Assembly (NCBI GenBank): GCA_045655215.1
Contig: JAZOOV010000059.1
Coordinates: forward strand, 1 to 47,822
Direction of reading: 5' to 3'
DNA from: Christensenellaceae bacterium
GTDB taxonomy: Bacteria; Bacillota; Clostridia; Christensenellales; Borkfalkiaceae
Length of the DNA stretch: 47,822 nucleotides
A program made the position numbers and the translations under genes. Below are positions 8,488 through 17,890 of the stretch, in pieces; positions within the stretch are counted from its first letter, which is position 1, and every line of letters starts with the position of its first letter. The notes under the pieces are model-generated. The model saw only the letters and a program-made list of their open reading frames with translations, was not told the DNA's origin and ran no database searches.

Positions 8488-9783
8488 ATGGCAAAGATAG
8501 AAAAGGGAAAAGCGATAAATATTTTTGAAAGCGTTTTGCAGTCCAAATACTTGGCTACAATATCTTTGCTATTCGGCTTTTTGTGTTGGGCTTTGGAGTG
8601 GACGGCGGTTGTCGTTTGCGGTGAGGCTCTTATTTTTATACTAATTTTACTCTTTTCAAAAGACGTAAAAAACATCTTCGCCCCATTTTTCTTTATATCC
8701 TTTTTTATTCCGGATATAAGAACGATGACCGATTACGTGGTTTACTATATAGCAGTAGGCTTAGCCCTATTAACGCTAATAGGGGTGTTTACCTATAAGT
8801 GCGTAAAGGATAGAAAAACCATTACTTTCGGCAGGTTTTATAAAGGATTATTAGCATCTTTTGTTGCCTATTTGCTTGCGGGAATATTCAATAGTTTTTA
8901 TATAGTAAATACCCTAATGATTTTAGGGTTTTGCGTAGGAATTTTTATATTTTATTTCCTTGCCGTAAACTACACAAAAAATATTAGCGAATACTTTGAA
9001 GAACTATTTATACTAAGTGGAATAATTATCGGCTTGCAAATATTTTTTAACTACGTTATTAACGGGGCAGAGAGTATTTATTTTAGTGCGCAAGGGCTTA
9101 ACACGGCGTCACTTTTCGTGGTTTTAGGCATAATTGCTTGCTTTACAATGGCAATGAAAAGTAAAAGAGATTATATCTACTTTATAATCGTGCTTGTGTT
9201 AACGGTATTCGTGGTCGTTTCAAAGAGCCGTGCAGGTATGATATTAACGGCAGTAGTAGACGTAGCCTTCACCATTTACACCTTTATAAAATCAAAAAAT
9301 AAAAGGCATATGCTACTAGTGTTCGGGGCGTTTCTACTTATAATTGCAATAATGCTATTGGCAAGTGAATTTTTAAGAGAAGAAATACAAAAACTAGTAT
9401 TTGGCAAGAAATTCGGTTTTTCGGGGAGAGAAGAACTCTGGGCTTGGAGCATTGATAGATTTTTAGAAGCGCCTGTTTTGGGCTACGGCTTTTTCTACAT
9501 GGATAAAATTCCGTCGCTTAGAGAAGGCACGCACGTAATACTCACTCACAACACACTACTTCAATGGCTAACCTCTACGGGAATAATTGGAACGCTAATA
9601 ATGGTAGTATATTACTTAAATAAATATACAATATTATTTAAGAAGTTTAATAGAGAAAAGTTGTTTGCTCTTCTATGCGTTCTTGCACTTGAATTGAGTG
9701 GGCTAGTAGACCAAGCGGCAAATATGGATATATTCGTTGTGAGCATTTCAATAATGCTCATAGCAAGTGTAGAAAGAAAATAA
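8488..9783 (+). CDS. O-antigen ligase (Wzy_C) family membrane protein
   Basis: 431 aa, about 10-12 TM segments. SKSRAGMILTA and HNTLLQWLTSTGIIG motifs are typical of the O-antigen ligase/polymerase family. Promoter TTGACA-17-TATAAT lies upstream (about 8428-8456). Confidence 0.75.
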   Translation: MAKIEKGKAINIFESVLQSKYLATISLLFGFLCWALEWTAVVVCGEALIFILILLFSKDVKNIFAPFFFISFFIPDIRTMTDYVVYYIAVGLALLTLIGVFTYKCVKDRKTITFGRFYKGLLASFVAYLLAGIFNSFYIVNTLMILGFCVGIFIFYFLAVNYTKNISEYFEELFILSGIIIGLQIFFNYVINGAESIYFSAQGLNTASLFVVLGIIACFTMAMKSKRDYIYFIIVLVLTVFVVVSKSRAGMILTAVVDVAFTIYTFIKSKNKRHMLLVFGAFLLIIAIMLLASEFLREEIQKLVFGKKFGFSGREELWAWSIDRFLEAPVLGYGFFYMDKIPSLREGTHVILTHNTLLQWLTSTGIIGTLIMVVYYLNKYTILFKKFNREKLFALLCVLALELSGLVDQAANMDIFVVSISIMLIASVERK

Positions 9784-9823
9784 AGGCAATTTTGCTTTAA
9801 TATAAAAAAAGGGGGGAAGAATA

Positions 9824-10654
9824 ATGGCAAAAGTATGCGTAATCACTGGTGGCGGAAGCGGAATGGGCTTAGAAGCCGCTAAATTTATGGCAAAAGACAA
9901 GATTATCGTTATCTCTGGTAGAACGATGTCTAAACTTGAAAACGGAGTAAAGGAACTAAAGGAATTAGGCTTTGAAGCGTATGCAAAAACATGCGATACG
10001 AGTTCTAGAGAAAGCGTAAAGGAACTAGTAGAATATGCAAAAGGCTTAGGCGAAATAGTAAACGTAATTAACTCTGCAGGTGTTTCGCCGGCAATGAAAG
10101 GAACTCCAGAGGGGATAGTAAAAATTAACGCGTTAGGAACTGTATACGTAAACCAAGAATTTTCTAAAGTTATGGGCAAAGGTAGCGTAATCGTAGACGT
10201 GTCATCAAATTCGGCGTATATATTGCCAAACTTTATAATTCCTAAAAAGGCGTATCCACTAGCAGAAACCAACGCAGAAAAGTTTGTTAAAAAACTAGTT
10301 AAACGCGCAGGTATGGCAAAAGGAGAATATCAAAGAAAAGGCTTTGCGTATTCGTTATCTAAAAACTTCGTAGTATGGTATGCAAAAAAATGCGCTTTTG
10401 AATACGGCTTAAAGGGAATTAGAGTAGTATCTCTAAGTCCAGGACTTATTGCAACCGATATGGGCAATCTAGAAAAGGAAGACGGAGGAATGTTAATTCC
10501 ATTTTCTTGCGAAGAGAGAATGGGTAAACCTGAAGAACTAGGCTACGCTCTCGCAACTCTTGCAGACGAGAGAAACGGCTATCTTGCAGGCGTAGACGTG
10601 CTTTGTGACGGTGGAAGCACCAACGGCATGAAAGAGTTCAAAAAGAAAAAATAA
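9824..10654 (+). CDS. SDR family oxidoreductase
   Basis: 276 aa with cofactor motif ITGGGSGMG and catalytic YSLSK (YxxxK). Confidence 0.85.
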   Translation: MAKVCVITGGGSGMGLEAAKFMAKDKIIVISGRTMSKLENGVKELKELGFEAYAKTCDTSSRESVKELVEYAKGLGEIVNVINSAGVSPAMKGTPEGIVKINALGTVYVNQEFSKVMGKGSVIVDVSSNSAYILPNFIIPKKAYPLAETNAEKFVKKLVKRAGMAKGEYQRKGFAYSLSKNFVVWYAKKCAFEYGLKGIRVVSLSPGLIATDMGNLEKEDGGMLIPFSCEERMGKPEELGYALATLADERNGYLAGVDVLCDGGSTNGMKEFKKKK

Positions 10655-10674
10655 AATCAAAAACCACAAAAAAA

Positions 10675-10698
10675 CACCCTAGAGATTTCTCTAGGGTG
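10675..10698. terminator. Bidirectional intrinsic terminator
   Basis: Hairpin caccctagag/ctctagggtg with loop attt, flanked by A- and T-runs. It lies between the convergent SDR gene and glf. Confidence 0.8.
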
Positions 10699-10716
10699 TT
10701 GAATTTTTAAATAAAA

Positions 10717-11814
10717 TTAAAGTTCAGTTTTACAAAGGGCAAGAGCGCTTTCAATAACTTTATCCATATCGTAATATTTATAAGCGCCGAGTCTACCACC
10801 GAAAATAACGCCTTTTTCCTTTTTTGCTAGTTCTAAATACTTTTGATAAAGAGAAGAGTTTTTCTCATCGTTGATAGGGTAGTAGGGCTCTAAGCCTTCA
10901 CGCCACTCAACGGGATATTCTTTAGAAATAACCGTTTTTTCACTATCGCTATTTTCAAAGTGCTTGTGCTCGATAATTCTAGTGTAAGGAACTTCTCTTT
11001 CGGTGTAGTTAACTACTGCAACCCCTTGGAAATTATCGGTATCTAAAACTTCGTTTTTAAATTCCACCGTGCGATATTCGAGTTTTCCATAGACAAAATC
11101 AAAATACTCGTCAATCATACCCGTATAGATAACCTTATCAAAGGTGTCACTTGTAGAAGATATAAATTCCTTATAAGAAGTGCCTAAAACAACGGGAACG
11201 CCCTTTAGCATTTTTTCCACGATAGCAGTGTATCCACCGATAGGAATACCTTGATAACGGTCGTTAAAATAGTTGTTATTAAAGGTAAAGCGTAGGGGAA
11301 GTCTTTTAATTATAAAAGCAGGTAAATCCTTGCAATCTCTGCCCCATTGTTTTTCGGTGTAGCCCTTAACTAACTTTTCGTAAACGTCGCGTCCAACAAG
11401 GCTAAGCGCTTGTTCTTCTAAGTTTTTAGGCTCTTTAATATTTAGGCTAGCGATTTGACTAGCGATAATATCTTTTGCTTCCTTAGGAGTTTTAATCCCC
11501 CACATTTTAGAAAAGGTATTCATATTAAAGGGCATATTATAAAGTTCGTCTTTATAAATTGCTACGGGAGAGTTTATATAGTTGTTAAACTCGGCAAAGC
11601 CATTTATATATTCCCATACTTCTTTATTAGACGTGTGGAAGATATGCGCGCCGTACTTATGAACGTTAATATTTTCTTGCTTTTCGGTGTAAATATTGCC
11701 TGCGATATGATTTCTTTTATCTATAACGAGGCAAGTTTTGCCCTTTTTTACTGCTTGCTCACAAAAAGTAGCGCCAAAAAGCCCAGCGCCAACTATTAAA
11801 TAGTCGTATTTCAT
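10717..11814 (-). CDS. glf: UDP-galactopyranose mutase
   Basis: 365 aa. FAD motif YDYLIVGAGLFGA, plus NIYTE and GAHIFHT motifs characteristic of Glf. Confidence 0.92.
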   Translation of the reverse strand: MKYDYLIVGAGLFGATFCEQAVKKGKTCLVIDKRNHIAGNIYTEKQENINVHKYGAHIFHTSNKEVWEYINGFAEFNNYINSPVAIYKDELYNMPFNMNTFSKMWGIKTPKEAKDIIASQIASLNIKEPKNLEEQALSLVGRDVYEKLVKGYTEKQWGRDCKDLPAFIIKRLPLRFTFNNNYFNDRYQGIPIGGYTAIVEKMLKGVPVVLGTSYKEFISSTSDTFDKVIYTGMIDEYFDFVYGKLEYRTVEFKNEVLDTDNFQGVAVVNYTEREVPYTRIIEHKHFENSDSEKTVISKEYPVEWREGLEPYYPINDEKNSSLYQKYLELAKKEKGVIFGGRLGAYKYYDMDKVIESALALCKTEL

Positions 11815-13130
11815 ACTTTTTCCTCTTTTTTCTTTTCTAGTCTTTTTGAAACTTTAGTAAATATAAACCCGATTACGATAAAAGCGTAAAAACTTATAAA
11901 ACGCCAAGTTAGAAGTGCTGGCGAAACTATACCGAACGAAGTGGTAAGACCTTGCAAACCACCAACGAATAAAAGCCTAAACGAAAGGTCTGCAGCGCCC
12001 GAATTACCAGGGGTAGGAATAAAGGAAATAACCGAATATAGAATCATACAAAGCACGCAAACTTGCGCCCATTGACGCCACAAACTCACGTCTACTAGGT
12101 TGTAGCCGAAAAACTTAAGCGTAAAGAAAGCGATTGAGCAAAGTGCTAGGTTTTCTGCAAAACTTATTAATAGCGCCACGAAAAATATAAACGGATTGGT
12201 GACGAAAGTCTTTAAGCAAGAAGAGTTTTGCAAAATATTTTTTGTCATTTTCTCTTTAAGCGCGTCTTTATCCTTAACGATTTTAAGTTTATGTCCAAGC
12301 GAAATGATAAAGTAAACAATGCTTCCACCGAGTTTAGGGAACATAGAGAACACCATAACCATACCTGGAACGAAGAAACAACAAAAGAGCCCTATAATCG
12401 CCATACTGTTAAACACAGGGGAGATAAAGTGCATGTTTGGTGGAATATTTAGGGTGTTATTGTTATATAGAACTAAACTAACTATTCCCAAAAGAACGAA
12501 GGCAAATTGTTGCATAAAGAACGCCGCAATAGGAAGAGCAGCGGCAACGCCACCTTGAACGCCGTGCTTAGATAGGTGATAAACTTCAAAAGGTTGACCG
12601 CCAACGGCAAGCGGGGTAATGTAGTTATAATAATGCCCGATAATGCCCGTTCCAAAGCAAGTCTTGAAGTGCCATTTTTTTGTTTTTACCTTGCATAAAA
12701 AGGAAAGTTTTAACGCCTTAAATAGGTAGCATAAAAATAATGCCACGAAAGCAAACACAAGGTAAATCCAAGAATTAGAGAAGATAGTGCCAACTTGTTC
12801 CCAAGTAGGTGGTTGACCGTGCTCGGTAAAGAAGTCTTGGTAAATGGTGTATGCTAAAACGGCAACTACGAAAACTACGAACACTATAGAGCAAATTCTC
12901 TTAAATAGTGCTTGTTTTTTATCGATAGCATCGTTTTTATCCGGCACGCCGAAAACTTTATTCATAACGATTTGTTTTCCAGCGCTTTCAGATGGTTCTT
13001 CGTGAACTATCTCTTCTTTTTTATCAAAATTTTCATCAATGCTCTTTAACGGAACGTCTACAATCTTAGGTTCACTAGAGCCTTCGTCCACTTCAATTTT
13101 TGAGTAGACGAACTTATCTTTCTTACTCAT
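11811..13130 (-). CDS. UPF0104 / lysylphosphatidylglycerol-synthase-TM-like (flippase-like) membrane protein
   Basis: Multi-TM protein with GGQPFEVYHL, typical of UPF0104. It overlaps the glf start by 4 nt. The ORF track starts at 13169 (GTG), but that region contains a TTGACA-17-TAAAAT promoter, so I place the start at the ATG at 13130 (MSKKDKF...). The start remains uncertain. Confidence 0.7.
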   Translation of the reverse strand: MSKKDKFVYSKIEVDEGSSEPKIVDVPLKSIDENFDKKEEIVHEEPSESAGKQIVMNKVFGVPDKNDAIDKKQALFKRICSIVFVVFVVAVLAYTIYQDFFTEHGQPPTWEQVGTIFSNSWIYLVFAFVALFLCYLFKALKLSFLCKVKTKKWHFKTCFGTGIIGHYYNYITPLAVGGQPFEVYHLSKHGVQGGVAAALPIAAFFMQQFAFVLLGIVSLVLYNNNTLNIPPNMHFISPVFNSMAIIGLFCCFFVPGMVMVFSMFPKLGGSIVYFIISLGHKLKIVKDKDALKEKMTKNILQNSSCLKTFVTNPFIFFVALLISFAENLALCSIAFFTLKFFGYNLVDVSLWRQWAQVCVLCMILYSVISFIPTPGNSGAADLSFRLLFVGGLQGLTTSFGIVSPALLTWRFISFYAFIVIGFIFTKVSKRLEKKKEEKV

Positions 13131-13183
13131 AACACTCATTTTACAACAAAAGAAAGGGTTTGTCAACACTATGCAAAAAAAAG

Positions 13184-13205
13184 CCCCGTCGGTTAGCCGA
13201 CGGGA
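13184..13205 (-). terminator. Intrinsic terminator of rplI
   Basis: Hairpin cccgtcgg/ccgacggg with a 4-nt loop, followed on the minus strand by U8+. Confidence 0.8.
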
Positions 13206-13223
13206 AAAATAGAATTTTTCTAG

Positions 13224-13664
13224 TTAGTTTATAACTTTAACGGATAGTTTAGCCGTTTCTTCAGGAGAGATTTTAACGGTGACAGGGTAAACGCCCACCG
13301 TTTTAATGTTAGAAGATAAAACGATTTTCTTTTTGTCTACTGAATAGCCAAGTTCAAAAAGTTTATCGGCAATTTCCTTATTGGTGACACTGCCGAAGAA
13401 CTTGCCGCCCTCCCCACATTTAACAACTACGACAACTTCCTTGCCGTCAAGCGCTTCTCTAAGCGCCTTGTTAGCCTTTAATTGTTCTTGTCTATGGAAA
13501 TCTTGCGCTTGCTTTTTTTGATTGGTTTCGTTAATAGCAGAATTATCTGCAATTTTCGCGAGTCCCTTTTTAATTAAGAAGTTTTGCGCAAACCCGTCCT
13601 TTGCCTCAATGATATCGCCCGCTTTTCCAGAGCCCTTAACGTCTTTTAATAATACAACTTTCAT
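13224..13664 (-). CDS. rplI: 50S ribosomal protein L9
   Basis: 147 aa from [36 protein letters not shown] (canonical L9 N-terminus). RBS aaggagta. The upstream 54 codons of the ORF-track call are AT-rich promoter sequence. Confidence 0.92.
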   Translation of the reverse strand: MKVVLLKDVKGSGKAGDIIEAKDGFAQNFLIKKGLAKIADNSAINETNQKKQAQDFHRQEQLKANKALREALDGKEVVVVVKCGEGGKFFGSVTNKEIADKLFELGYSVDKKKIVLSSNIKTVGVYPVTVKISPEETAKLSVKVIN

Positions 13665-13776
13665 AAAAAATACTCCTTGTCTATAAATATTGTATATTAA
13701 TAAAGAGAAAAAGTCAATATATAAAAGGTATACTTTATCTAAAAAAAGAACATAATAAAAATAAAAGGAGGCAGTT

Positions 13777-13920
13777 ATGGAAAAGAATTTTTGTATTAAA
13801 TGCGACGTGAAGAGTTGTAGATACAACTACGAAGGAACAAACTGCGAATTAGGCAGTATTAAAGTGACCAATTGTTGCGGAGAACAATGCACTTGTTGTG
13901 GAGACTACGCAGAAAAGTAA
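13777..13920 (+). CDS. DUF1540 family small cysteine-rich protein
   Basis: 47-aa ORF missing from the track (too short): [50 protein letters not shown] aaaaggagg lies 6 nt upstream. The C.V..C.Y......C....I.V pattern matches DUF1540. Confidence 0.7.
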   Translation: MEKNFCIKCDVKSCRYNYEGTNCELGSIKVTNCCGEQCTCCGDYAEK

Positions 13921-13933
13921 AACTTAAGAGAAT

Positions 13934-13967
13934 AAAAAAAGGTTGCGATTTTTCGCAACCTTTTTTT
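13934..13967. terminator. Perfect bidirectional intrinsic terminator
   Basis: A7 - ggttgcga - tttt - tcgcaacc - T7. Confidence 0.85.
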
Positions 13968-14019
13968 ACATATATTATTCTGGAAAACACAAAAAACTTT
14001 TTCTCTCATCACATATTAC
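13934..14019 (-). ncRNA. Candidate ~85-nt small RNA (orphan promoter to terminator)
   Basis: The minus strand carries TTGACA (14053-14048), a 16-nt spacer and TGGTAAAAT (extended -10, 14034-14026). The bidirectional terminator lies ~85 nt downstream. No SD-preceded ORF lies in between. Confidence 0.3.
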
Positions 14020-14167
14020 AATAATATTTTACCACAAAAAAAGCGCTTGTCAAGGGGGTTTTGAAAAAAATTTACAAAAATTGGTAAAATTTTAAAATAG
14101 AAAAGTCAAAAAAGCAGAAAAAATCTAGAAAAAAACGCCTAAAAATTTTTCAAAAAAGTAGTAGCCG

Positions 14168-14196
14168 TTGACAAGGGTATATTTAAGGTCTATAAT
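14168..14196 (+). promoter_or_regulatory. Sigma-A type promoter of greA-lysS
   Basis: TTGACA (14168-14173), 17-nt spacer, TATAAT (14191-14196). It is preceded by ~95 bp of A-tracts. Confidence 0.75.
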
Positions 14197-14243
14197 TTAA
14201 ATAGAATAAAAAAGCGCAAGCGCTATTATAAAGGAGATTAAAA

Positions 14244-14708
14244 ATGAGCGAAGAAGTAATTCTTACAAAAGAAGGAAAAGAAGAACTTGAGAAACGACTT
14301 GAGTACTTAAAGTTAGAAAAGAGAGCAGAAATCACCGAAAGAATTAAAACTGCAAGAGAATTCGGCGACTTATCTGAGAACGCAGAATACGACGCTGCTA
14401 AAAACGAACAAGCCATAATCGAAGGTGAAATTCTAGAAATTGAAGAAAAGTTAAAAAGAGCAGTAATCATTAAAGATTCGGCAAAGAAAGGCACGGTTTC
14501 ACTCGGTAGCAAAGTAGACTTTGTAGATGAAGACGGCGAAGCGTACACCTATGAAATCGTAGGTACAACAGAAGCAGACGTAGAAATGGGTAGAATATCA
14601 AACGAATCACCTATCGGCAATGCGTTGCTCGGCAAAAAGGCAAAGGACGTAGTTAACGTAAAAGCGCCTGCAGGCGTATATAAAATCACCATCAAAAAAG
14701 TATATTAA
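14244..14708 (+). CDS. greA: Transcription elongation factor GreA
   Basis: 154 aa. [17 protein letters not shown]...[20 protein letters not shown] is the canonical GreA coiled-coil motif. Confidence 0.95.
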   Translation: MSEEVILTKEGKEELEKRLEYLKLEKRAEITERIKTAREFGDLSENAEYDAAKNEQAIIEGEILEIEEKLKRAVIIKDSAKKGTVSLGSKVDFVDEDGEAYTYEIVGTTEADVEMGRISNESPIGNALLGKKAKDVVNVKAPAGVYKITIKKVY

Positions 14709-14721
14709 AAAGGAAAAAATT

Positions 14722-16218
14722 ATGCAGGTAGATAATACACCAAACGTAGAATTAGATTTAAATGAAATTTTAAGAATTCGTAGAGAGAAATTAAGAGCAT
14801 TACAGGAAGCAGACAAAAACCCATACGAAATCGTAAAATACGATAGAGATTCATATTCTCTTGATATAAAAGAAAATTATGCCGAATACGAAGGCAAAAC
14901 GGTGAACGTTGCAGGTAGACTCATTTCAAAAAGAATAATGGGTAAGGCATCGTTTGCAGTAATTTTAGACGGAAAGGGAACTATTCAAGCATATCTTTCA
15001 ATCAACGACTTAGGGGATAGTTATTTAGCGTTTAAGGAATACGATATCGGCGATATAATCGGTATAAAGGGCAAGGTTTTCACCACTAGAACGGGTGAAA
15101 TTTCAATACACGCAGAGAGCGTAGAATTGTTATCTAAATCACTATTGCCGTTGCCGGAAAAATTCCACGGCTTAAAGGACGAAGACACGAGATATCGTCA
15201 AAGAGAAGTGGATTTAATAGCAAATCCAGAAGTTAAAAAGACTTTCGTAGCAAGGTCTAAAATAATGAGCGCAATTAGAAACTATCTAGACGGCGTAGGA
15301 TATCTAGAAGTAGATACTCCAGTATTGCAACCGTTAGAAATCGGCGCTTCTGCAAGACCTTTTAAGACGCACCATAACGCGCTCGATATAGATATGTATC
15401 TAAGAATAGAAACCGAACTATATCTAAAAAGACTTATTGTAGGTGGATTTGATAAGGTTTACGAAGTAGGTAGAATCTTTAGAAACGAAGGTATGGACCG
15501 TTCGCATAACCCAGAATTCACTACGGTAGAAATGTACCAAGCGTATAGCGACTACTTTGACATGATGGATTTAATCGAGAATATGTATAAAGACATCACG
15601 CAAAAAGTATGTGGAAAAACACAAATAACCTATCAAGGCGTAGAAATCGACATGGGTAAAAAGTGGGAAAGACTCACTATGGTAGAAGCCGTTAAAAAAT
15701 ACGCAGGGGTAGACTATAACGAGTGGGCAACCGATGAAGAAGCGAGAGCCGTTGCAAAAGAAAAGGGCGTTCAAGTGGAAGAAGGCGACGAGGCGACTAA
15801 AGGCCACGTATTAATTGCTTTCTTTGATGCTTACGTAGAAGAGCAACTAATTCAACCAACCATAATTTACGATTATCCTGTAGAAAACTCACCACTTGCA
15901 AAGAGAAAGAAAGACAACAAAGCGTTCACCGAGAGATTTGAATACTTTATCTATGCAAGAGAAATGGGCAACGCTTTCTCGGAATTAAACGATCCAATCG
16001 ACCAAAGAGAAAGATTTGAAAAGCAAGTTGCAATCAAAAGAGCAAAGGGTGGAAACGACGCTAAGGTGGACGAAGATTTCGTGACTGCATTAGAATACGG
16101 AATGCCACCTACGGGAGGACTTGGATTCGGCGTAGATAGACTAGTAATGCTACTAACGGATAGCGCGTCGATAAGAGACGTAATCTTGTTCCCAACCATG
16201 AAACCCATAAAGAAATAA
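14722..16218 (+). CDS. lysS: Lysine--tRNA ligase (class II)
   Basis: 498 aa. OB-fold N-domain, class II motifs ([16 protein letters not shown]) and PYEI near the N-terminus. Confidence 0.95.
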   Translation: MQVDNTPNVELDLNEILRIRREKLRALQEADKNPYEIVKYDRDSYSLDIKENYAEYEGKTVNVAGRLISKRIMGKASFAVILDGKGTIQAYLSINDLGDSYLAFKEYDIGDIIGIKGKVFTTRTGEISIHAESVELLSKSLLPLPEKFHGLKDEDTRYRQREVDLIANPEVKKTFVARSKIMSAIRNYLDGVGYLEVDTPVLQPLEIGASARPFKTHHNALDIDMYLRIETELYLKRLIVGGFDKVYEVGRIFRNEGMDRSHNPEFTTVEMYQAYSDYFDMMDLIENMYKDITQKVCGKTQITYQGVEIDMGKKWERLTMVEAVKKYAGVDYNEWATDEEARAVAKEKGVQVEEGDEATKGHVLIAFFDAYVEEQLIQPTIIYDYPVENSPLAKRKKDNKAFTERFEYFIYAREMGNAFSELNDPIDQRERFEKQVAIKRAKGGNDAKVDEDFVTALEYGMPPTGGLGFGVDRLVMLLTDSASIRDVILFPTMKPIKK

Positions 16219-16230
16219 TGGAGAAACACA

Positions 16231-17262
16231 TTGGATAATAAAATAACCAAAACCAGACTGTCTAACTTCTTTGCATACGAGTGGATAATAATGATAGTCG
16301 TGCTTGTGGTGATAATATTTATAAACCAGTTCGTATACGGATTTTTCACGGCAGAGCCAACGATAGGGCAAAGTTTTAAATACTTGTACGACGCAGACGT
16401 ATCGTCTACGTCCGACCAAGATTTTGCATCCTTTATAATAGAAGAAATGCCCTTTAGTTATGACGTGATAAAGTTTGAGGGCGAGCCACTCACCGACGAG
16501 CGCGACGTTTTGGCAATGCGAATAGCAATTCAAGACGGCGATATCTTTTTAACGAGTGGAAAGAAAGATAGCGACGGAGTATCATTACTTGAGCAAAGAA
16601 TAGACAATCAAGGTGTGTGCTTATACAACTTCAACAAACTTTTATTCGACGCGAAAGCCTACTTAAAAGGATTTTTATTAGACGAGTTTTTAACTGAGAG
16701 CGAAGAGAATAAAGACCTACTCGTAAAGGATAGTAAAAACCTAGACGAGCAAAAAATTCACGCGAATTTTTTAGCGCGCAAAAAAAAGGACAATTTCTAC
16801 AGAAAGGAAGAGAAGAAAAACGAGGGCAAGGTTTTAGAAGTAGGAAGAATTAACCAACTTGTAAAAGAAGTTAACGACTTTGAATATCTTTTAGAAGAAA
16901 AACCCGAAATATTTTATCGTTATACAAGATATTCGCATAGTCTAAAGTTTGCAACAGAAGATAAAAAAGCACATTATCAAACGCTAGTAGGTAGAGAGAT
17001 AGCCGACGAGAAAAAGTGTGGAGAAAACGCGCCTTTTGGTATTCTTGCCGAAAAACTCACGGGTGGAAAAGAAGATCCGTCAAAGTATTTTAAGTTAAAA
17101 GGACAAGAAGTTGAAGGGGAAGAAGAAACTATCTACACGGCAAAAGACGTTGTGATAACGGCGTTTGATTTTTTAGAATACCAAAGCGATTTGCAGTTTG
17201 AAACTATATCGTTTATGAACGCAATAGTTAGAAAGTGCAGTAATTTTTTAGATGGAAGATAG
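16231..17262 (+). CDS. Hypothetical N-terminally membrane-anchored protein
   Basis: 343-aa ORF with a single TM segment (WIIMIVVLVVIIFINQFVYGFF). No motif recognised. It is wedged between lysS and tmk. Confidence 0.55.
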   Translation: MDNKITKTRLSNFFAYEWIIMIVVLVVIIFINQFVYGFFTAEPTIGQSFKYLYDADVSSTSDQDFASFIIEEMPFSYDVIKFEGEPLTDERDVLAMRIAIQDGDIFLTSGKKDSDGVSLLEQRIDNQGVCLYNFNKLLFDAKAYLKGFLLDEFLTESEENKDLLVKDSKNLDEQKIHANFLARKKKDNFYRKEEKKNEGKVLEVGRINQLVKEVNDFEYLLEEKPEIFYRYTRYSHSLKFATEDKKAHYQTLVGREIADEKKCGENAPFGILAEKLTGGKEDPSKYFKLKGQEVEGEEETIYTAKDVVITAFDFLEYQSDLQFETISFMNAIVRKCSNFLDGR

Positions 17263-17266
17263 AAAT

Positions 17267-17890
17267 ATGAAAGGTAAATTTATAACCTTTGAAGGATGCG
17301 AAGGGGTAGGAAAATCTCGTCAACTTGCAATGTTTGGGGAATATCTTGAAAAGAACGGAATTTCTCATTACTTTACGAGAGAGCCGGGTGGAGAGCCCAT
17401 TTCGGAAAAGATAAGAAATATAATATTAGATAAAGAAAATCAAGAGATGACCGACGAGTGCGAAGCAATGCTATACGCGGCGAGTAGAGTTCAACTATTA
17501 AAAAGGGTAATAAAACCCAAGTTAGAGAGCGGAACGCTAGTGGTTTGCGATAGATATTTCGACTCATCTTTCGCCTACCAAGCGTACGCAAGGGGGCTAG
17601 GAAGAGAGTTTATAGCAAAAATCAACGATTACGCTATAAAGAATTTCACGCCCGACTATACGATATTTTTAAATCTATCCCCAGAACAAGCCTTTAAGAG
17701 AAAAGGTGGGGTAGATAAAGGCGACAGAGTGGAACTTTCGGGAAAAGAATTTCACGAAAAGGTATATCAAGGCTACCTAGAGATAGCAAAGGAAAACCCC
17801 GAGCGCGTAATTTGTATAGACGCTAGCGGGGGAAGGTGGGAAACGCACTCAAAAATAATTGAGGCGCTAAAAGAAAGAGGAGTAATATGA
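17267..17890 (+). CDS. tmk: dTMP (thymidylate) kinase
   Basis: MKGKFITFEGCEGVGKSRQ P-loop and the DRY motif (CDRYFDSS). The start is placed at the second ATG. Confidence 0.92.
   Translation: MKGKFITFEGCEGVGKSRQLAMFGEYLEKNGISHYFTREPGGEPISEKIRNIILDKENQEMTDECEAMLYAASRVQLLKRVIKPKLESGTLVVCDRYFDSSFAYQAYARGLGREFIAKINDYAIKNFTPDYTIFLNLSPEQAFKRKGGVDKGDRVELSGKEFHEKVYQGYLEIAKENPERVICIDASGGRWETHSKIIEALKERGVI

Noticed and set aside
13665-13826. 54-codon extension of the L9 ORF (track start 13826).
   Set aside because: The canonical L9 N-terminus MKVVLLKDV begins at 13664 with AAGGAG upstream. The extension is an AT-rich divergent promoter region and overlaps the DUF1540 gene start on the other strand.
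13953-14057. 35-codon minus-strand ORF (MREKVFCVFQNNICKK...) inside the small-RNA candidate.
   Set aside because: It has no SD, it reads straight through the terminator hairpin, and its composition is low-complexity.
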